Part shown: piece by piece, positions 61,561-64,000 of the stretch | How the letters are laid out: every line of letters starts with the position of its first letter | Position numbering within the stretch: the stretch's first letter is position 1 | Assembly: GCF_018977255.1 (NCBI RefSeq) | Contig: NW_024704743.1 | Coordinates: 112,780,001 to 112,844,000 of the forward strand | Length of the DNA: 64,000 nucleotides | Source: Callorhinchus milii | Lineage: Eukaryota | Direction of reading: 5' to 3' | Position numbers and translations under genes: made by a program | The notes under the pieces: generated by a model | Seen by the model: only the letters and a program-made list of their open reading frames with translations | Databases searched by the model: none | What the model was told of the DNA's origin: nothing

Positions 61561-64000
61561 GTATCACTCTGGACTAATCATAATTTTCTGAAGGATGAAT
61601 AAATGAGACAAATGTTAGATCATTAGTTTGGATTTCATTCTTTTGTTAAACATTTTAACCTTCACGTACAATTAGAATTTACTTTGTTTCATGCAGGGAA
61701 AGTCAGCCAGGAACATTTCCTGTCATTTAAAAATCACTGCACCGTCAAACTTTCATTTCGGTTAAGTGATCTTTCAGTTTTTCATATCAGGTCTCATTCT
61801 GAACCAAATTTTAGTTCTTGACTGCAACAACATAACACCCTTTTAAGAAAAAACTTGCAACTCTAAGCAACACGAGATCAGAGAGAACTTAAATGAAATC
61901 TAGACTGCCTCATGACTGAAGAAGCAGCAACTATCATTTTTGTTTTCAAAGTTTCATTTTTATAAGAACACCTCAGGTATACTGGATATTCAGATATTTT
62001 CTGCTCTCACAGCTTGTTTGGCAAGACAAACAGCACCACAGTGCTAAAGCTCTTCTAATCCTGGACCTCTTAGGTCTTTTGGGAAAGAAAACACAATATT
62101 ATATATCAGAAACATTCCTCTTCCAAAGGTAGAAGGAAGCACTTAACAATAATTGTGAGCAGAAAATTGGAGATCTCATCCATATCTAGGATGACAATTT
62201 CCTAGCACTTCACCTTCCAATTTGTTAGAGGGGATAGGGACTCATCATTTTCCTCTTCACCCCAGATGGCTTATTTTGCAATTATTCAGAAAGGTCAGAG
62301 AGAAGGGCACAAGAATTTTTGTGGTTTCTTTATTAGTGCAATTAATGCAACCAATCTGGATTGCTACTATCACAAATTATTCTTCAGTATCCTCTCCAGG
62401 AGTGGTACCATATAAGGTACCCAACAACACAAACCGTATACTTGTTATATATTGATGAAATTTGCAATTTGGTACCTTAATCTCCAGTGAAATCTAGCTG
62501 TCTATAAAATAGCCTCTCTTGGAAGAAAAGTGTAGAAGCTATATAACAAGAGTGAGTGATTTTGAAGAATGAAGACTGCTGTAGCTTCTGGTGAGTAATC
62601 ATCTTTTTAGTTCAGTCAATTAATTTATGCTGTTTGTTAAGTTTATATATAACTCTTAGCATTGTCTCTGTAAAGCACATCATGAAAGAGAGTATATACA
62701 TGCAAGGTTATCTTGTTGCTGCAAATTAGGTTCAGAACAATTTAAATCATTTGGCAAAATTCTGGTGAAATTTCAGAAATGTTTCAGTAATCGCCCAGAA
62801 AGAGGGAAGTATTCTTACTTAAGCCTTTTGCATTCTTTGAAAAAGGGAATCTTGTAAGAAACTGCAAATACATTACTTTATTGCACACAATGGTGTAAGT
62901 AATTATGTCCAGTAACACATGTACTGTAATAAAATTATCCTTTATACATGACATTGCGATAGTAGTTTTTTTAATAAAACTGTGCTATCCATCACAATGA
63001 GATCTTGTTCCTTTGATTTAGAGCCACGCGGAAATTCTAAATCAGAATGTACTATAAAACTTGATTAATTGGAAGAAGATAAACCTTAAATATCTGATGT
63101 TTTTAAAACCACTCTATGATCTACTCTCACTTGCTTGATCTTCCCTATATAATGGAATATTTTTATTGTAATCTTTAGTTTTGTGGTATTCATTTGTTGA
63201 GACTCCATAGATAAATTGCTTAACCTATCAGGAAAAATCACATAGAGGCGCTTTTACTGAACATCCTATAATATTTGTTATCAGCGCTTTTTAAGAACAC
63301 CTGTACAGGCAGTTTGTTTATTGGTAACCATATGATATCTCTGTTTGGTACTTCCCATCTTTTGCTTCCTGTCCTTTTAGGCAGGAAAGTGAAGATCATA
63401 TCTCTCTGTATTTCTTCTGTCTGTTAAAGGAATCCAAATATCCATGTGATTTTGCTTTTTTTCAACTGGTTAAATTAGTAGCTTTCATAGTATTTGTAAG
63501 TGTATTTAAAAAGAATTGTTATTTACCTAAAGGCAAATATGTGCAATTTAGCTCATAAATAGATGGTATGCTTCAGTTGGTTATGTATTGGTAGACTTCT
63601 TTTATACAAATCTAAATACATACAACTTTGTTTTCCATCTGACCTGACCTGTCGCATAGTTGAACACCTGTTTAGACTTAAATGCAAGCCATATCCATGT
63701 TTCATTATAAAACCAGTTTACTGTACCAGCAACTGTCAGAGAATGATCGATTGCAACCACATTGGGACTATTTAAACTTTTCATTACATCCAGAACAATG
63801 AATGACTGATCCAGTGGCAGATCAGAGGTATCTGTGATCATAAATTGTTGAGGCACGTACAGTCTTCAAATTACCATTGTAATTCAATCCATGACTCTTT
63901 GTGTAAAGTGACAAGGAACTTGTGTTTCTCATTTCTGTAACAAAAATGGTTTATAGTATGTCACAAAACTGTGCAGATGCCAGTAATGTTAAACAATAGG

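Noticed and set aside
55579..64000. Search for the next STAU2 exon (YHCP...FYVQLTVG)
   Set aside because: No matching coding sequence seen; the intron continues beyond the window.

Overview
Vertebrate genomic DNA, most likely a cartilaginous fish and plausibly a chimaera; this is inferred from the SINE/L2/CR1 repertoire and compact introns. The window holds two intron-containing genes in tandem on the + strand, the same order I recall for human chr8. The first is the 3' part of UBE2W: four coding exons at 13006-13108, 17081-17236, 22199-22274 and 27762-27775, then a long repeat-poor 3' UTR. The second is the 5' part of STAU2: a CpG-island promoter at ~37650-38560 and coding exons at 48935-49136, 52096-52226, 54156-54315 and 55443-55578; the gene continues past the window. 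The rest is a mosaic of a young tRNA-Ala-derived SINE (two subfamilies), older Deu-type SINEs, L2 and CR1 LINE fragments and MITE-like elements, often nested. I found no clearly new multi-gene system. The most interesting leads are: (1) an in-frame upstream STAU2 coding exon resembling the STAU1 N-terminus; (2) a hairpin element with a degenerate hammerhead-ribozyme core; (3) inverted repeats flanking the STAU2 exon block, a circRNA-permissive layout; (4) a microsatellite donor array with its own antisense copy in the STAU2 5' region; (5) a SINE copy that appears to blend both orientations; (6) several unexplained hairpins. Exon coordinates were read base by base; repeat boundaries are approximate.
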